From the NCBI GenBank assembly GCA_963847185.1, contig CAWJYV010000008.1, positions 640,001-704,000 on the forward strand: a stretch of DNA of 64,000 nucleotides. Direction: 5' to 3'. Position 1 is the first letter of the stretch. Each line of letters opens with the position of its first letter. The notes under the pieces are model-generated. The model made no database searches and was not told where the DNA came from. It worked only from the letters and a program-made list of their open reading frames with translations. The position numbers and the translations under genes were made by a program. This stretch comes from an uncultured Methanosarcinaceae archaeon (GTDB lineage Archaea; Halobacteriota; Methanosarcinia; Methanosarcinales; Methanosarcinaceae). Shown piece by piece: positions 1 through 9,841 of this stretch.

Positions 1-2551
1 CCTGAGCCTCTTCAAACTGGGCGCGTTTTAGCTGAAGTTCTTCGAGCCTGTTTCCTTCTAATTTTTCTTCAAGCTGTTTTATCCTTTCATTTCTTTCAAG
101 AATCTCACGGTCAAAGAAACCGACCTTTTCCACCAGATTCCGGATCAAAGTTTCAAGCTCAGAGATTTTGTGCTTGACGTTATCCATCCTGAACAGGTTT
201 GCCTGAACTTTTTTTGCTTGCAGGAGAAGCTTCTCAAACTCCTGATGGGCCTTTTTTGCTTCCTCTTCACTTTTCCGCAGGCTCTCGATTTCAAGTCCCA
301 GGACTTTAAGACTTTCTTTTTCCCGTTTTTCCCTTTCTGCAAGCTCTCTCAACTTCTCATTAAGTTCTCCAAGCCTTTGCCCGTAATTTTCAATCAGCGC
401 AAGGGAAGTTCTGATTTTCCCGTTCAGAGCTTCAATCTCCGAAGTGTTTTCAACAAACTTCTTTTCAAAGGCCTTTACTTCCTGAAGCGTTTTTTCACTT
501 TCACTATGAGCTTTTTGAGCTGCTTCTTCCAGGCCCTGCAGGGCTTTAATGTCGGGGAGAAGCTGGTTCACTTCAGCCTCAAGTTTCTGTTTCTGGGCAT
601 TAAGGCCTTCCAGCTTAAGATAATCTTCCTCGAGCCTGGCTTTATGGATCTTCATCCGTTCTTCAAGATCCTTTGCCTTGATCCTGAGTTTCTCGATTTC
701 AAGCTCGTAATCAGAAATCCGTTTCTCCAGTTTTTTTGCATCCTTGAGCCGGTTGAGCTTTTTCTCGATTTCCTCCTGCTGGAGTTTTATTTCCATGAGT
801 TCTGCTGAAAGCTTTTCTTTTTTCTGTTCGGATTCCTCGGTTGTGCAGGCAATTTCAGACCCTTTAAGCTCCTGTCCGCAGGTAGGGCATTTTCCTTCTG
901 CAAGAAGCTCCAGGTTTTTGCGGAGAACCTTCTCAAGCTCTCTGATAGTTGCTTCAAGCTCTTTTTCCCTCCCATGCAGTCTATTTTTGTTTTCCTGCAA
1001 AAGCTCGCTGAAGTATTCAAGGTCATCGAGCTGTTCTCCGGTAAAACTAAGCCCTTTTAACCCTGTAAAAGCTTCGGATTTCTGCTCCTGAACCTCCAGA
1101 ATTACTCTTTCGTTCTCCCTCAGTTCTTCTTCAAGAGTTTCGATCTCGGTTTTACCTTTTTTGACTGAAAACTCGCAATTTTGAAGCTCTTTTTCAAGCG
1201 CCAGTAAATTTACATCGCCGGTTTCTTTTTCTTTGAAAGCAAGGGCAAGCTTTGCCGAGATTTCACTCTTTCTGTCACGCAGAAGACGTTCTTTTTCTTC
1301 CAGCTCTTTTATGACTGAAGGGATTTCTTGAGTTTCTCCAAACCCTGCCTTTGCTTTAATTGCCTTATTATCCTCTTCGATTTTCCGGATATTTTTCCTG
1401 TTTCCTTCAATTTCCCCGTTTGCAGCTCCGATATCGACTCTGCACTGAGCAAAAATGCGCTCAGTTTCAGCCTTTTCTTTTTCGAAGTCACTTAAGGTTT
1501 TCTTGAGGGTTTCCTCTTCTCTGAAGAGGAGAGCAAGTTCTTTTGAAATGCCATTTACCTTTTCCCTGGCAAGAAACTCTTCTTTTTCCTGCCTTAAGAT
1601 CAGGGCTTCAATATCAAGGGCTCCAAAGCTACATTCTTCTCTGATTGTATTATTTTCCTCTCCCAGTTCAAGCAAAATTTGTCTTTGCTCATGGATTTCC
1701 CCTGATAAAGTTTCTTTTTCCCGGAAGCAGCCAGCTTTGTTTTCTTGAGAGGTTACAATCGCCTGTTTCAGGATGTTGATTTCCTTCAGCCTTTCCCTGT
1801 ACTCTGCAATCATAAGGTCAAACTTTTCTCTACGGGAACTGGCAGCCTCTTTCATTTCATTAAACTTTTTCAAATCACTATCGATTTCCTTTACCTTCTG
1901 CCTGAGTCCATTCAGTATCCTAACGGGTTCTGCACTTTCAACATCCTCAATCTCGGCTTTCACACCCGAAAGACTGTTTTTCGTATCCCTCTCAAGCCTT
2001 CGGACAGCCGTTTTCGCGCTACTTGCTCTTTCCCTGTACTCTTCGAGCTTGCCAAGCTGCAGAAGGTCATCGATCATGCGTTGCCTGTCTTTAGGCTTTG
2101 CATTAATAAGTACATCAATCTCTCCCTGCCGGATGTAAGCACAGTTCCTGTATGCATCTTCATCCATATTCAAAAGGGCACAGACTTCTTCGTAAGTCTT
2201 TGTGGCCTGATCGACAATGCTTTTTCCATCAGCATAGAGTACGCATTTTGAGCTTGAAGCCGTTTCATTTTTTTGAGAATACCGAAAAGCCTGATCAATA
2301 AGATATTCCCTTCCCAGATGCTCGAATCCAAGGCCAATTCTGGCGTTTTCAGCTCCTTTGAAAATTATGTCTGCAAGCACAAAATCCTTTGAAAGGATCT
2401 TGCTTCCGAAAAGTCCCATGAAACAGGCTTCAAGAAGACTTGACTTCCCGCTTCCGTTTACCCCGGAAATTACCGTTACTCCGTCTTCGAAATTGAAATC
2501 CAGCTTTTTATAGCTCCGGATATTTTCGATATGCAGGCTTTTAAGTTTCAC
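1..2551 (-). CDS. rad50: DNA double-strand break repair ATPase Rad50 (SMC-like), 3' end outside window
   Basis: Not in the ORF track because it runs off the window. GTG at 2551 overlaps the mre11 stop (GTGA). Reads MKLKSLHIENIRSYKKLDFNFEDGVTVISGVNGSGKSSLLEA (Walker A), has YIRQGEID (Q-loop), a long coiled coil and the zinc hook GKCPTCGQ at about 872-895. Confidence 0.96.
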   Translation of the reverse strand, partial: MKLKSLHIENIRSYKKLDFNFEDGVTVISGVNGSGKSSLLEACFMGLFGSKILSKDFVLADIIFKGAENARIGLGFEHLGREYLIDQAFRYSQKNETASSSKCVLYADGKSIVDQATKTYEEVCALLNMDEDAYRNCAYIRQGEIDVLINAKPKDRQRMIDDLLQLGKLEEYRERASSAKTAVRRLERDTKNSLSGVKAEIEDVESAEPVRILNGLRQKVKEIDSDLKKFNEMKEAASSRREKFDLMIAEYRERLKEINILKQAIVTSQENKAGCFREKETLSGEIHEQRQILLELGEENNTIREECSFGALDIEALILRQEKEEFLAREKVNGISKELALLFREEETLKKTLSDFEKEKAETERIFAQCRVDIGAANGEIEGNRKNIRKIEEDNKAIKAKAGFGETQEIPSVIKELEEKERLLRDRKSEISAKLALAFKEKETGDVNLLALEKELQNCEFSVKKGKTEIETLEEELRENERVILEVQEQKSEAFTGLKGLSFTGEQLDDLEYFSELLQENKNRLHGREKELEATIRELEKVLRKNLELLAEGKCPTCGQELKGSEIACTTEESEQKKEKLSAELMEIKLQQEEIEKKLNRLKDAKKLEKRISDYELEIEKLRIKAKDLEERMKIHKARLEEDYLKLEGLNAQKQKLEAEVNQLLPDIKALQGLEEAAQKAHSESEKTLQEVKAFEKKFVENTSEIEALNGKIRTSLALIENYGQRLGELNEKLRELAEREKREKESLKVLGLEIESLRKSEEEAKKAHQEFEKLLLQAKKVQANLFRMDNVKHKISELETLIRNLVEKVGFFDREILERNERIKQLEEKLEGNRLEELQLKRAQFEEAQ

Positions 2552-4467
2552 AGGTAATCACCAAGGTTATGCTGTCGAGGAATTGCAGGCTTCCCTTTTC
2601 CCTTTTTCTGTCCTGAATTAGCTATCCCACCTATATCCGAAACCTTGTCAGGTTTTTCTTCCGGGACTTTGATTGATTTTTCTTCAGACAGGTTATTTGC
2701 CTTTAACTCATCTGGTTTTACTTCACCTGTTTTTTTATCTCTGGCCCCTTCCTTTTCGGAGTTAATTTCAGCTCCAGACCTTAACCCGGATTCAGAAAGC
2801 ATTCTAATCTTTTGTTCAGGCTTATTTATTCCTTTTTTTGAAAGCTCAATCTCATTTCCAATCTTTTCTTTATCGGATTCGGAAGCCTCGCATGGAAAAG
2901 CCGATTTGAAGGCATTTTCAGGGGTAGGTTCAGAAGATGAAAGTTCAGAAGATAAAGATTCAGGTACAGGTTCAGAAGATACAGGTTCAAAAGACGCAAG
3001 TTCAGAAGATACAGGTTCAGAGATGGATTTGGAAGGAAGTTCAGATAAAAATTCGGACAATGGTTGGGATTCAGCTACAGGTTCAGAAGAAGGCTCTGAT
3101 GGAAGTTTAGACTCTGAATCATGTTCGGATTCAAGAACCGAATCAGGCACTGATCCAGATATTTCCAGATTCAAAGTGGAAGTTCCAGATTCGATATCCC
3201 CTTGAAATTCGGTCTCTTTTGTGGGGTTGGAATCTTCAACATATTTAATTTCATCATCAGGTCTGATAGAAATTTCCATCCTGAAATTCGGATCTTTAAA
3301 ATCAATAGCCTCAATCAGCTTTGAAAGTCGGCCTTCGGTTTCTTCGTCCACTCTTGATCTTGAAATAATCGGGTTTCGGACAATTTCATCAATAATCAAC
3401 CCGCCGTCATTTAAGCTCAGTCTTTTGATTTCGTTTGCAACCGCATGGTCAGGGTCCGAAAATGCTACTTTTAAAACATCATCTGGTAAGGACTCTTTTG
3501 TCCTCAGGTCTCTGACCCTTGGCACAAGAACTCCTTTACTCAGCAGGTACTCTTCGATCTCACTGAGGGATAGAACCATTCCCGAATCTCCGGAAATCTC
3601 CAGAAACACAACTGATCCGGACAACTCTTCAAGATGCTCATTTACCGCAGAAAATATCTGTTCAAAGGGTTTCTCTTCCTCACTGAGAGTAACCGGAATA
3701 GTAAGAAAATGGCGCGTAGGAATTGTGCGCCTGCTGATCTCCATCCCTTCACCTGAAAGAGTGATAATATTGTAGGAACGGGGCTCGCTTTCGGATGCAC
3801 TGTTTCGTTCCGTACTTCCTGGATATGTAGCCCAGGCATCCCCTACCTTAATTTTTTCATATTTATGATAATCGCCAAGAAGGATTGCATCAATTTTAAA
3901 AGGAAGCTTTTCAAGCACCTCAGCACAGTCCCATTCAGCATATGGGAAAGGTTGCACAATCTGATGCATTACAAGTAATTTTCTGCAGCTTTCCGGAAGA
4001 GAAGTACAACTTTCCGGAGTTCCAAACCCGGAATAATCGAAGACAGGGATCTTTGACTTCGGGACACTGTCGATTCCGTAAATTGCCACCGAATCACCAT
4101 TTCCACCTCTCGTTTCTATAATCCGCGGCTTCTTTCCAAGCCGTGCCGCAAGCTCCATTTCCTCAAAAAGGTCAAGCCATTGCGTATTCTGCTTGCTTTC
4201 ATGGTTCCCGACAATTCCAAAAAAAGGTATGTCTGCAGCCTTCAATCTTGACAGGATGCTTATTGTCTCCAGAAGATCTTCAAGAGCAGGGTTCCTTGAA
4301 TCAAAAAGGTCTCCGGCATGCACGACAGCATCGACCTGCATATCAACAGCATCATTTATAACAAGTTCAAAAGCCTTAAAAAAGTCCTGCCTCCGGACCT
4401 CGCTGTGGTACTGCCTGTAACCAAGATGCGTGTCTGCAGTGTGGAGTATCCTTATTTCCCTGTCCAT
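2548..4467 (-). CDS. mre11: DNA repair nuclease Mre11 (metallophosphoesterase) with long S/E/P-rich C-terminal tail
   Basis: Motifs HTADTHLG, HAGDLFD, GNHE, LGDYH and YPGSTER; translationally coupled to rad50. Confidence 0.95.
   Translation of the reverse strand: MDREIRILHTADTHLGYRQYHSEVRRQDFFKAFELVINDAVDMQVDAVVHAGDLFDSRNPALEDLLETISILSRLKAADIPFFGIVGNHESKQNTQWLDLFEEMELAARLGKKPRIIETRGGNGDSVAIYGIDSVPKSKIPVFDYSGFGTPESCTSLPESCRKLLVMHQIVQPFPYAEWDCAEVLEKLPFKIDAILLGDYHKYEKIKVGDAWATYPGSTERNSASESEPRSYNIITLSGEGMEISRRTIPTRHFLTIPVTLSEEEKPFEQIFSAVNEHLEELSGSVVFLEISGDSGMVLSLSEIEEYLLSKGVLVPRVRDLRTKESLPDDVLKVAFSDPDHAVANEIKRLSLNDGGLIIDEIVRNPIISRSRVDEETEGRLSKLIEAIDFKDPNFRMEISIRPDDEIKYVEDSNPTKETEFQGDIESGTSTLNLEISGSVPDSVLESEHDSESKLPSEPSSEPVAESQPLSEFLSELPSKSISEPVSSELASFEPVSSEPVPESLSSELSSSEPTPENAFKSAFPCEASESDKEKIGNEIELSKKGINKPEQKIRMLSESGLRSGAEINSEKEGARDKKTGEVKPDELKANNLSEEKSIKVPEEKPDKVSDIGGIANSGQKKGKGKPAIPRQHNLGDYL
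2920..3110 (-). repeat. Degenerate 15-bp coding repeats (SSEPV/SE-type) in the mre11 tail
   Basis: Recurring gttcagaagatacag-like units encode SEPVSSELASFEPVSSEPVPES. Confidence 0.7.
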
Positions 4468-4935
4468 GGTTTCATCAGTCTCTGGTTTTTACGTTATAAG
4501 GATTTCTATATTAGTATTTAACTCATTTCCACAGAAAATCCACTTGAGCCGAATAAGGAAATTTGGGATCTAGACAAAACAAGCTGCAGTTGATTGATTT
4601 CCTACTATTTACAGAGCAGTTACTGCCCTATATCAAGCGATAGGGTATTTTAATGTGAAATAACTGCAAAAATGGAACATTGATAAGAGAATTCTCTAAA
4701 TTCACTTTTATAAAAAGTTGTTAGATAATTACATAGTTTACGAAAGGCGGGAAAGAAAAAAAGAGATGATCCTCATACAATTTGTGAATGAAGAAGAAGT
4801 TTGAGAAAAGGAAGAATTAAAATTGCAGGAAAAATTTACCGGAAGATAAAGCATAAAAGTGCCTCCCTGCCGAAAATAAGCCATATTTAGGTATCAAACT
4901 ATCCAAAGACCTTGGTCATTTTAGTGTAGATTTAA

Positions 4936-4965
4936 GAACGGTTTAACGAACGGTTTAACGAACGG
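4936..4965. repeat. 12-bp tandem repeat (gaacggtttaac x2.5) overlapping the stop of 4955..5302
   Basis: gaacggtttaac-gaacggtttaac-gaacgg is seen directly. Confidence 0.8.
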
Positions 4966-5302
4966 GTAATTTTTTTCCAGCAGTATATCCCTTGCCGTAT
5001 CCGTCTCTATATCCGTTGAAGTGTCCGCCTGTGTACCCTGAATCCGGTCCGTAATATATCATGATGAATACACGTGGATCTTTACCATTTATACCGTCAT
5101 TAAATCCATCAACATATCCTTTATGATGTCCGTCTTTGTATCCGCGAGCATAGCTGTCATAATTTTCGTTACCATATTTTCCCGAAGAAGCTGCATTTAC
5201 TGGTGCAGCTGCCAGTGAAGTTATAAAAATAACTAACAAGAGAATACCCAGTGCCTTTGTTATGCTGACAATTGCTTGTTTCCCCATTTGTTTACCCTCC
5301 AA
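4955..5302 (-). CDS. Small secreted Gly/Tyr-rich hypothetical protein
   Basis: Signal peptide (LGILLLVIFITSLAAAPVNA) and GYxxG repeats. GGAGG lies upstream of the second Met (MGKQ), the likely start. Confidence 0.75.
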   Translation of the reverse strand: MEGKQMGKQAIVSITKALGILLLVIFITSLAAAPVNAASSGKYGNENYDSYARGYKDGHHKGYVDGFNDGINGKDPRVFIMIYYGPDSGYTGGHFNGYRDGYGKGYTAGKKLPVR

Positions 5303-5377
5303 ATTATTGCTTATTTAATGTGAATGATATAGTTATTCACTACTCAAGCGATTGATGTTTAAAAATCCCTGTGTGAA

Positions 5378-5417
5378 TCCATAATTAAATTCATAGTTCC
5401 ATAATTAAATTCATAGT
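5378..5417. repeat. Perfect 20-bp tandem duplication upstream of the secreted-protein gene
   Basis: tccataattaaattcatagt x2. Confidence 0.85.
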
Positions 5418-6194
5418 AACTGATTTTTGAACAATTAAAATGTGCGTCTATGTTTTCAGATTGCCGTGTCATAGAGTAATAGATCTAAGTATTGACTGTC
5501 AACTTTGAATGTTAAATTATTGGATGTTAATTTTGACCGCTGATATCCATATATACGGACAACTGGAAAATAGATAAATTCTGTAGAATAAAATTTCCTT
5601 ATAATTAATAATTCCATAAATTAAGACAATAAAAGTGCAAGAAGATCGAGAGCTAAAGAGATATAAATTAGAATTTTTTCCGAACATTTTAAATAAGAGG
5701 AGTTCATACTAACATTATTTAAAATGTAGGTTTTTTGCGACTTTTTATTGCACAAGTTGGGTAATTTTATTTTTTGCATGGCTTATTTAGAGAAGGAGTG
5801 TAAGGAGTTATTCCGAATAAAAGAAAGTTACCTTAATATTGGAAAATTTCAAAAATTATCAACGAAAATTTCTATCAAAATGTAGGGGCTAATTTGTAAA
5901 TTCCAAGAGACTTGAACAAAACTTTGATAATCTCAACAAAATGAAGAATCTAGATAAGTTTTGGGATCTCTAAGTTTAATACAAAATTAGCCTCTTAACG
6001 ATTTATGGATCGTGGGGGAAACTATAACCAAGTCTGAAAAAACAGGGGTATCATCCAAGTTTGGGAAAATAGAGGTCTTAATTTGCGGCATTGAGGAACT
6101 CGCCCTCGACCATAAATCAATGAAACACGGAAATTGTTAATAATAGCTGGCAATCGGTTTGCTTAGGATAAGCTTTGGATATGGGGGTGTAAAT

Positions 6195-7526
6195 ATGAGA
6201 GAGAGGTATTATGAGTTCCCACTGGAGGATTTTGTTTCCAGAGAGTATTTTAAAGAAATAAAAAAATATTCTCAGGATAAAGATACACCTTTTTTAATCA
6301 TTGATCTACAGAAAATAGAGCGGAGTTATGAAGAGCTGGTAGAGCACATGCCTTTTGCAAAAATTCACTATGCTGTAAAGGCAAACCCTATGGATGAAGT
6401 TGTGCTTACTCTGAAGAATAAAGGCTCTAATTTTGATGTGGCAACGGTTTATGAACTGGATCAGTTACTCAGGCTCGGGGTGGAACCTGAGAGAATCAGT
6501 TATGGAAACACAATTAAAAAGGAAAAAGATATAGCTTATGTATATGAAAAGGGAGTAAGGCTTTTTGTTACTGATTCTGAAAGTGACTTAAATAAGTTAG
6601 CTAGAAGAGCCCCGGGTTCCAGAGTTTTTTTCCGGATCCTTACTGAAGGCTATGGGGCTGACTGGCCTCTTTCACGGAAGTTCGGATCGCACCCTGACCT
6701 TATATACAAACTTATTCTGAAGGCTGATAAACTTGGACTTGAACCTTATGGGCTTTCTTTTCATGTTGGTTCCCAGCAAAGGGACATTGGGCAGTGGGAC
6801 AATGCTATTTCCAAATGCAAATACCTCTTTGAAGCAGTGGCTGAAAAAGGTATCCGTTTAAAAATGATCAACCTCGGAGGAGGTTTTCCCGCAAAATACC
6901 AGTCGCAGGCTCATGACCTTGAAACTTATGCCTGTGAAATCCGCCGTTTTTTGCATGAAGACTTTGGAGAAAAGCTGCCGGAAATTATTATTGAACCAGG
7001 CCGCTCTATGGTAGCAAACGCCGGCATAATCGTAAGTGAAGTTATAATGATCGCAAAAAAGGCCAGGTTCAATCAGTATAAATGGGTTTATCTCGACATT
7101 GGCAAGTATGGAGGCCTTATAGAAACTCTTGACGAAGCCATCAAGTATCCCATATTCTGCGACAAAAAAGGTTGTGCCGAAGAAGTTATCCTTGCAGGTC
7201 CAACCTGCGACAGCATGGATATTCTTTACGAACATCACAAATATTCCTTCCCTCACACAATGAGAGAAGGAAATCGAGTATATATCTTTACAACAGGTGC
7301 ATACACTCAAAGCTGTAGTTCTGTGGGTTTTAACGGATTCCCTCCACTAAGGTCTTATTTTATACAGAATGAGAAACTGGATTCAAAGGTAGAAATAGAG
7401 ACAGAAACCCGGCCTTATTCAAAAAAGAAAAAACAACTGGAAAAGATCCCACAATACACACAGCATTATAACTCAGAACTCTCTGATCCCTTGAAATCGG
7501 AGAGTTCAAGATCAGAGAGTTCTTAA
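6195..7526 (+). CDS. Fold-type III PLP-dependent ornithine/lysine-type decarboxylase
   Basis: HYAVKAN (PLP lysine), SFHVGSQ, NLGGGF, EPGR, GPTCDSMD and GAYT. ATG 6195 follows a GGGGGTG RBS. Confidence 0.92.
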   Translation: MRERYYEFPLEDFVSREYFKEIKKYSQDKDTPFLIIDLQKIERSYEELVEHMPFAKIHYAVKANPMDEVVLTLKNKGSNFDVATVYELDQLLRLGVEPERISYGNTIKKEKDIAYVYEKGVRLFVTDSESDLNKLARRAPGSRVFFRILTEGYGADWPLSRKFGSHPDLIYKLILKADKLGLEPYGLSFHVGSQQRDIGQWDNAISKCKYLFEAVAEKGIRLKMINLGGGFPAKYQSQAHDLETYACEIRRFLHEDFGEKLPEIIIEPGRSMVANAGIIVSEVIMIAKKARFNQYKWVYLDIGKYGGLIETLDEAIKYPIFCDKKGCAEEVILAGPTCDSMDILYEHHKYSFPHTMREGNRVYIFTTGAYTQSCSSVGFNGFPPLRSYFIQNEKLDSKVEIETETRPYSKKKKQLEKIPQYTQHYNSELSDPLKSESSRSESS

Positions 7527-8262
7527 GAATTTGTATATAATTGCGCCGACAATTAGGAAAAAAAGTATCCATAACCACAAAAGAGCTGTCGTTTCAGACA
7601 TAAATGGCTCAAAAATCATAAATATAATCAAGCTAGGGAATTATAAAAACTTATGGATACTTTCAGTATCTTAAATACAGATCCGGTTTCAAACAAGCTC
7701 TGTTAAATAGCTTCCGTTCCTGTTAAATAGATTGTTTTAGACTCTTTTTTAACAGAGCCCTTTTAAAATGTTCCTCTTAGAAACCGCTTTTAAAATACCC
7801 ATCTTAAGATACCCTACTTAAATAGACATCTTTTACGTTTTTTATACTCAATGTGTTTTAAGAATTTTATTTTCTTTTTTTCGCGGTTTAGTCTGTCCTC
7901 TCATATACAGATCAAAACCAGAACATTTAGGGCAGGAATGCAAGTGAACTGACACACCTTTCTCACTGTTAAAATGTTTTCCACAATATGGGCACTCTGA
8001 CATATTTTATATTATCCTTTTTTATCAATATGAAATTTTCCATAAACTTATATTGTTGGAAGACTCTGAAAAGAAATGAAGTATCCCTTTCTCTTACTGT
8101 ATACATAAATTATGCAGCATCTCCCGATATGCAGAATGATCTCCTGCTTCAGGCTCCCTAATGTATATTTTCTTTCAAGACAGCATCTTCAGAAGTAACT
8201 GCTTTAATATCCTCCCAAAACTAAAAAGGCTTTTATTCTCTAAATTCAAATGAAAATGAATA

Positions 8263-8289
8263 TGATTTACGCAGTCTGATTTACGCAGT
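8263..8289 (+). repeat. Direct repeat tgatttacgcagt x2 upstream of rubrerythrin
   Basis: tgatttacgcagtc-tgatttacgcagt, about 95 bp before the ATG. Confidence 0.7.
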
Positions 8290-8383
8290 TAAACTGGGAA
8301 TAGTAAAATGAAATCTCAAATCACCTAATCTAGATTAAAGATATAAAATGAATTTACAAACCTATGGAAAAAGAGGTGCCTAA

Positions 8384-8932
8384 ATGAAAAAGATGACAGA
8401 ACAACATCTTATAAATGCATTTGGTGGAGAAAGTCAGGCGAATATGAGGTATTTACATTTTGCAAACAAGGCCGACAAAGAAAAATTTGATAATGTAGCC
8501 CGCTTATTCCGTGCAATAGCTCATGCTGAATATATACACGCAGGAGACCATTACCGGGAGTTAAGACACCTCGACGGAGGATTTGTTGCAAACAGCATGG
8601 CAGCTTTTGGTCCCGGTGATACCAGGAAGAACCTTCAACTGGCCATTGCAGGTGAAACATTTGAAATCGAGGAAATGTATCCAGTGTATATAGAAGTAGC
8701 AAAATTCCAGGGAGAAAAAAGCGCACAAAGAAGTTTTGAATGGTCATATAGCACTGAAAAGATGCATAAAATGCTCTTTGAAAAAGCTCTAGAATCAGTT
8801 AATTTAGGAAAAGATGTGGAACTCGGTCCAGTTCAGGTTTGCGAAGTATGCGGATACACCCTTGAAGGAGAAGCACCCGATAGATGTCCCGTATGCAATG
8901 CATTAAAAGATAAATTTACTGCATTCATATAA
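8384..8932 (+). CDS. rbr: Rubrerythrin
   Basis: AFGGESQA, ExxH di-iron motifs and a C-terminal rubredoxin CEVCGY...CPVC. Confidence 0.95.
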   Translation: MKKMTEQHLINAFGGESQANMRYLHFANKADKEKFDNVARLFRAIAHAEYIHAGDHYRELRHLDGGFVANSMAAFGPGDTRKNLQLAIAGETFEIEEMYPVYIEVAKFQGEKSAQRSFEWSYSTEKMHKMLFEKALESVNLGKDVELGPVQVCEVCGYTLEGEAPDRCPVCNALKDKFTAFI

Positions 8933-9012
8933 GCGCATTTCTTAAACAGGCAAATCTGATTATAAAGCTCATCAGTAACCGGAATTGTAAGAATAATTCA
9001 TAAATCCACCCA

Positions 9013-9072
9013 GAAAGGCGAAAGGATAGTTTTACCAGCTTTGGACATGATGTATATTGCCTTTCGCCTTTC
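9013..9072. terminator. Perfect 13-bp inverted repeat between convergent genes
   Basis: gaaaggcgaaagg (9013-9025) pairs with cctttcgcctttc (9060-9072) around a 34-nt loop, followed by T-rich sequence. Confidence 0.55.
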
Positions 9073-9208
9073 ATTTTATTCAAACAAATACTTGCATTTT
9101 TTACTTCTTGCTGTATGTATTTTTTTGATTTTACTCTGTTGAAGTACTATCTATTTCCGAATTTTCAGAACCACAGCGGCTTTCTTAACGGTTTCTAAGC
9201 AAAGTTTT

Positions 9209-9841
9209 TCACCTGCGTAATAGGGAAAAAGCCAATGCAAGAACTGAAACAGAGCCCACAAGTGTGAAAGCTGATGTTGATGCAGACGAAGAAGTGGATC
9301 CTGAAGAGGATGTGGGCGAAGGTTCGGCTTCTGTAACTGGCTGTTCCTTAGAAGTGGGAATTTCACCTTCATAGCGTTCGTTGGAAATAGTGCAGTAGGC
9401 GACTGTAAAACCACCATTAACAAGAGGTTCAGATTCACCATGAGCAAGAATTGTATAATAGATATCTAGAGGTAACGACCCACCTTTCCATCTTTCAGTC
9501 GGTTTTACAGTCCACTCATACTCTCTAGAAGTATTTGCTTCCAAGATATCTCCTTTTGAGTATTCTTCTATTTTTGAAGTTGGACCATTTATAATTTCAA
9601 AAGAATTTCTTTCCATACAAGATAAAGAGACATAGACATCACTTTTTTGATATACTGTGAGATTAATTTTAACTTTAAATGGTTCTTCTACTTTTAAAAA
9701 TGGTTTAGCCATTTCATTTCCAGGTATAATTTTTCCATTGTAATATACATCTATTGAACCGTAAGGAGATTCTGCAAAAGTAATATTTGGTGTAAGCAAA
9801 AAAACTGTAATTAAAAGAAATATACATTTCATTCTCATCAT
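9209..9841 (-). CDS. Sarcinarray-family MAST-domain surface protein
   Basis: Signal peptide, SPYGSIDVYYNG N-terminus, S/T linker, then an SAF + TM + RR C-terminal sorting signal (PGF/PAF-CTERM-like). Confidence 0.8.
   Translation of the reverse strand: MMRMKCIFLLITVFLLTPNITFAESPYGSIDVYYNGKIIPGNEMAKPFLKVEEPFKVKINLTVYQKSDVYVSLSCMERNSFEIINGPTSKIEEYSKGDILEANTSREYEWTVKPTERWKGGSLPLDIYYTILAHGESEPLVNGGFTVAYCTISNERYEGEIPTSKEQPVTEAEPSPTSSSGSTSSSASTSAFTLVGSVSVLALAFSLLRR

Noticed and set aside
145-2251. Several ORF-track ORFs (170..808, 744..1091, 1745..2251 and others)
   Set aside because: They are shadows of the rad50 coiled-coil coding sequence.
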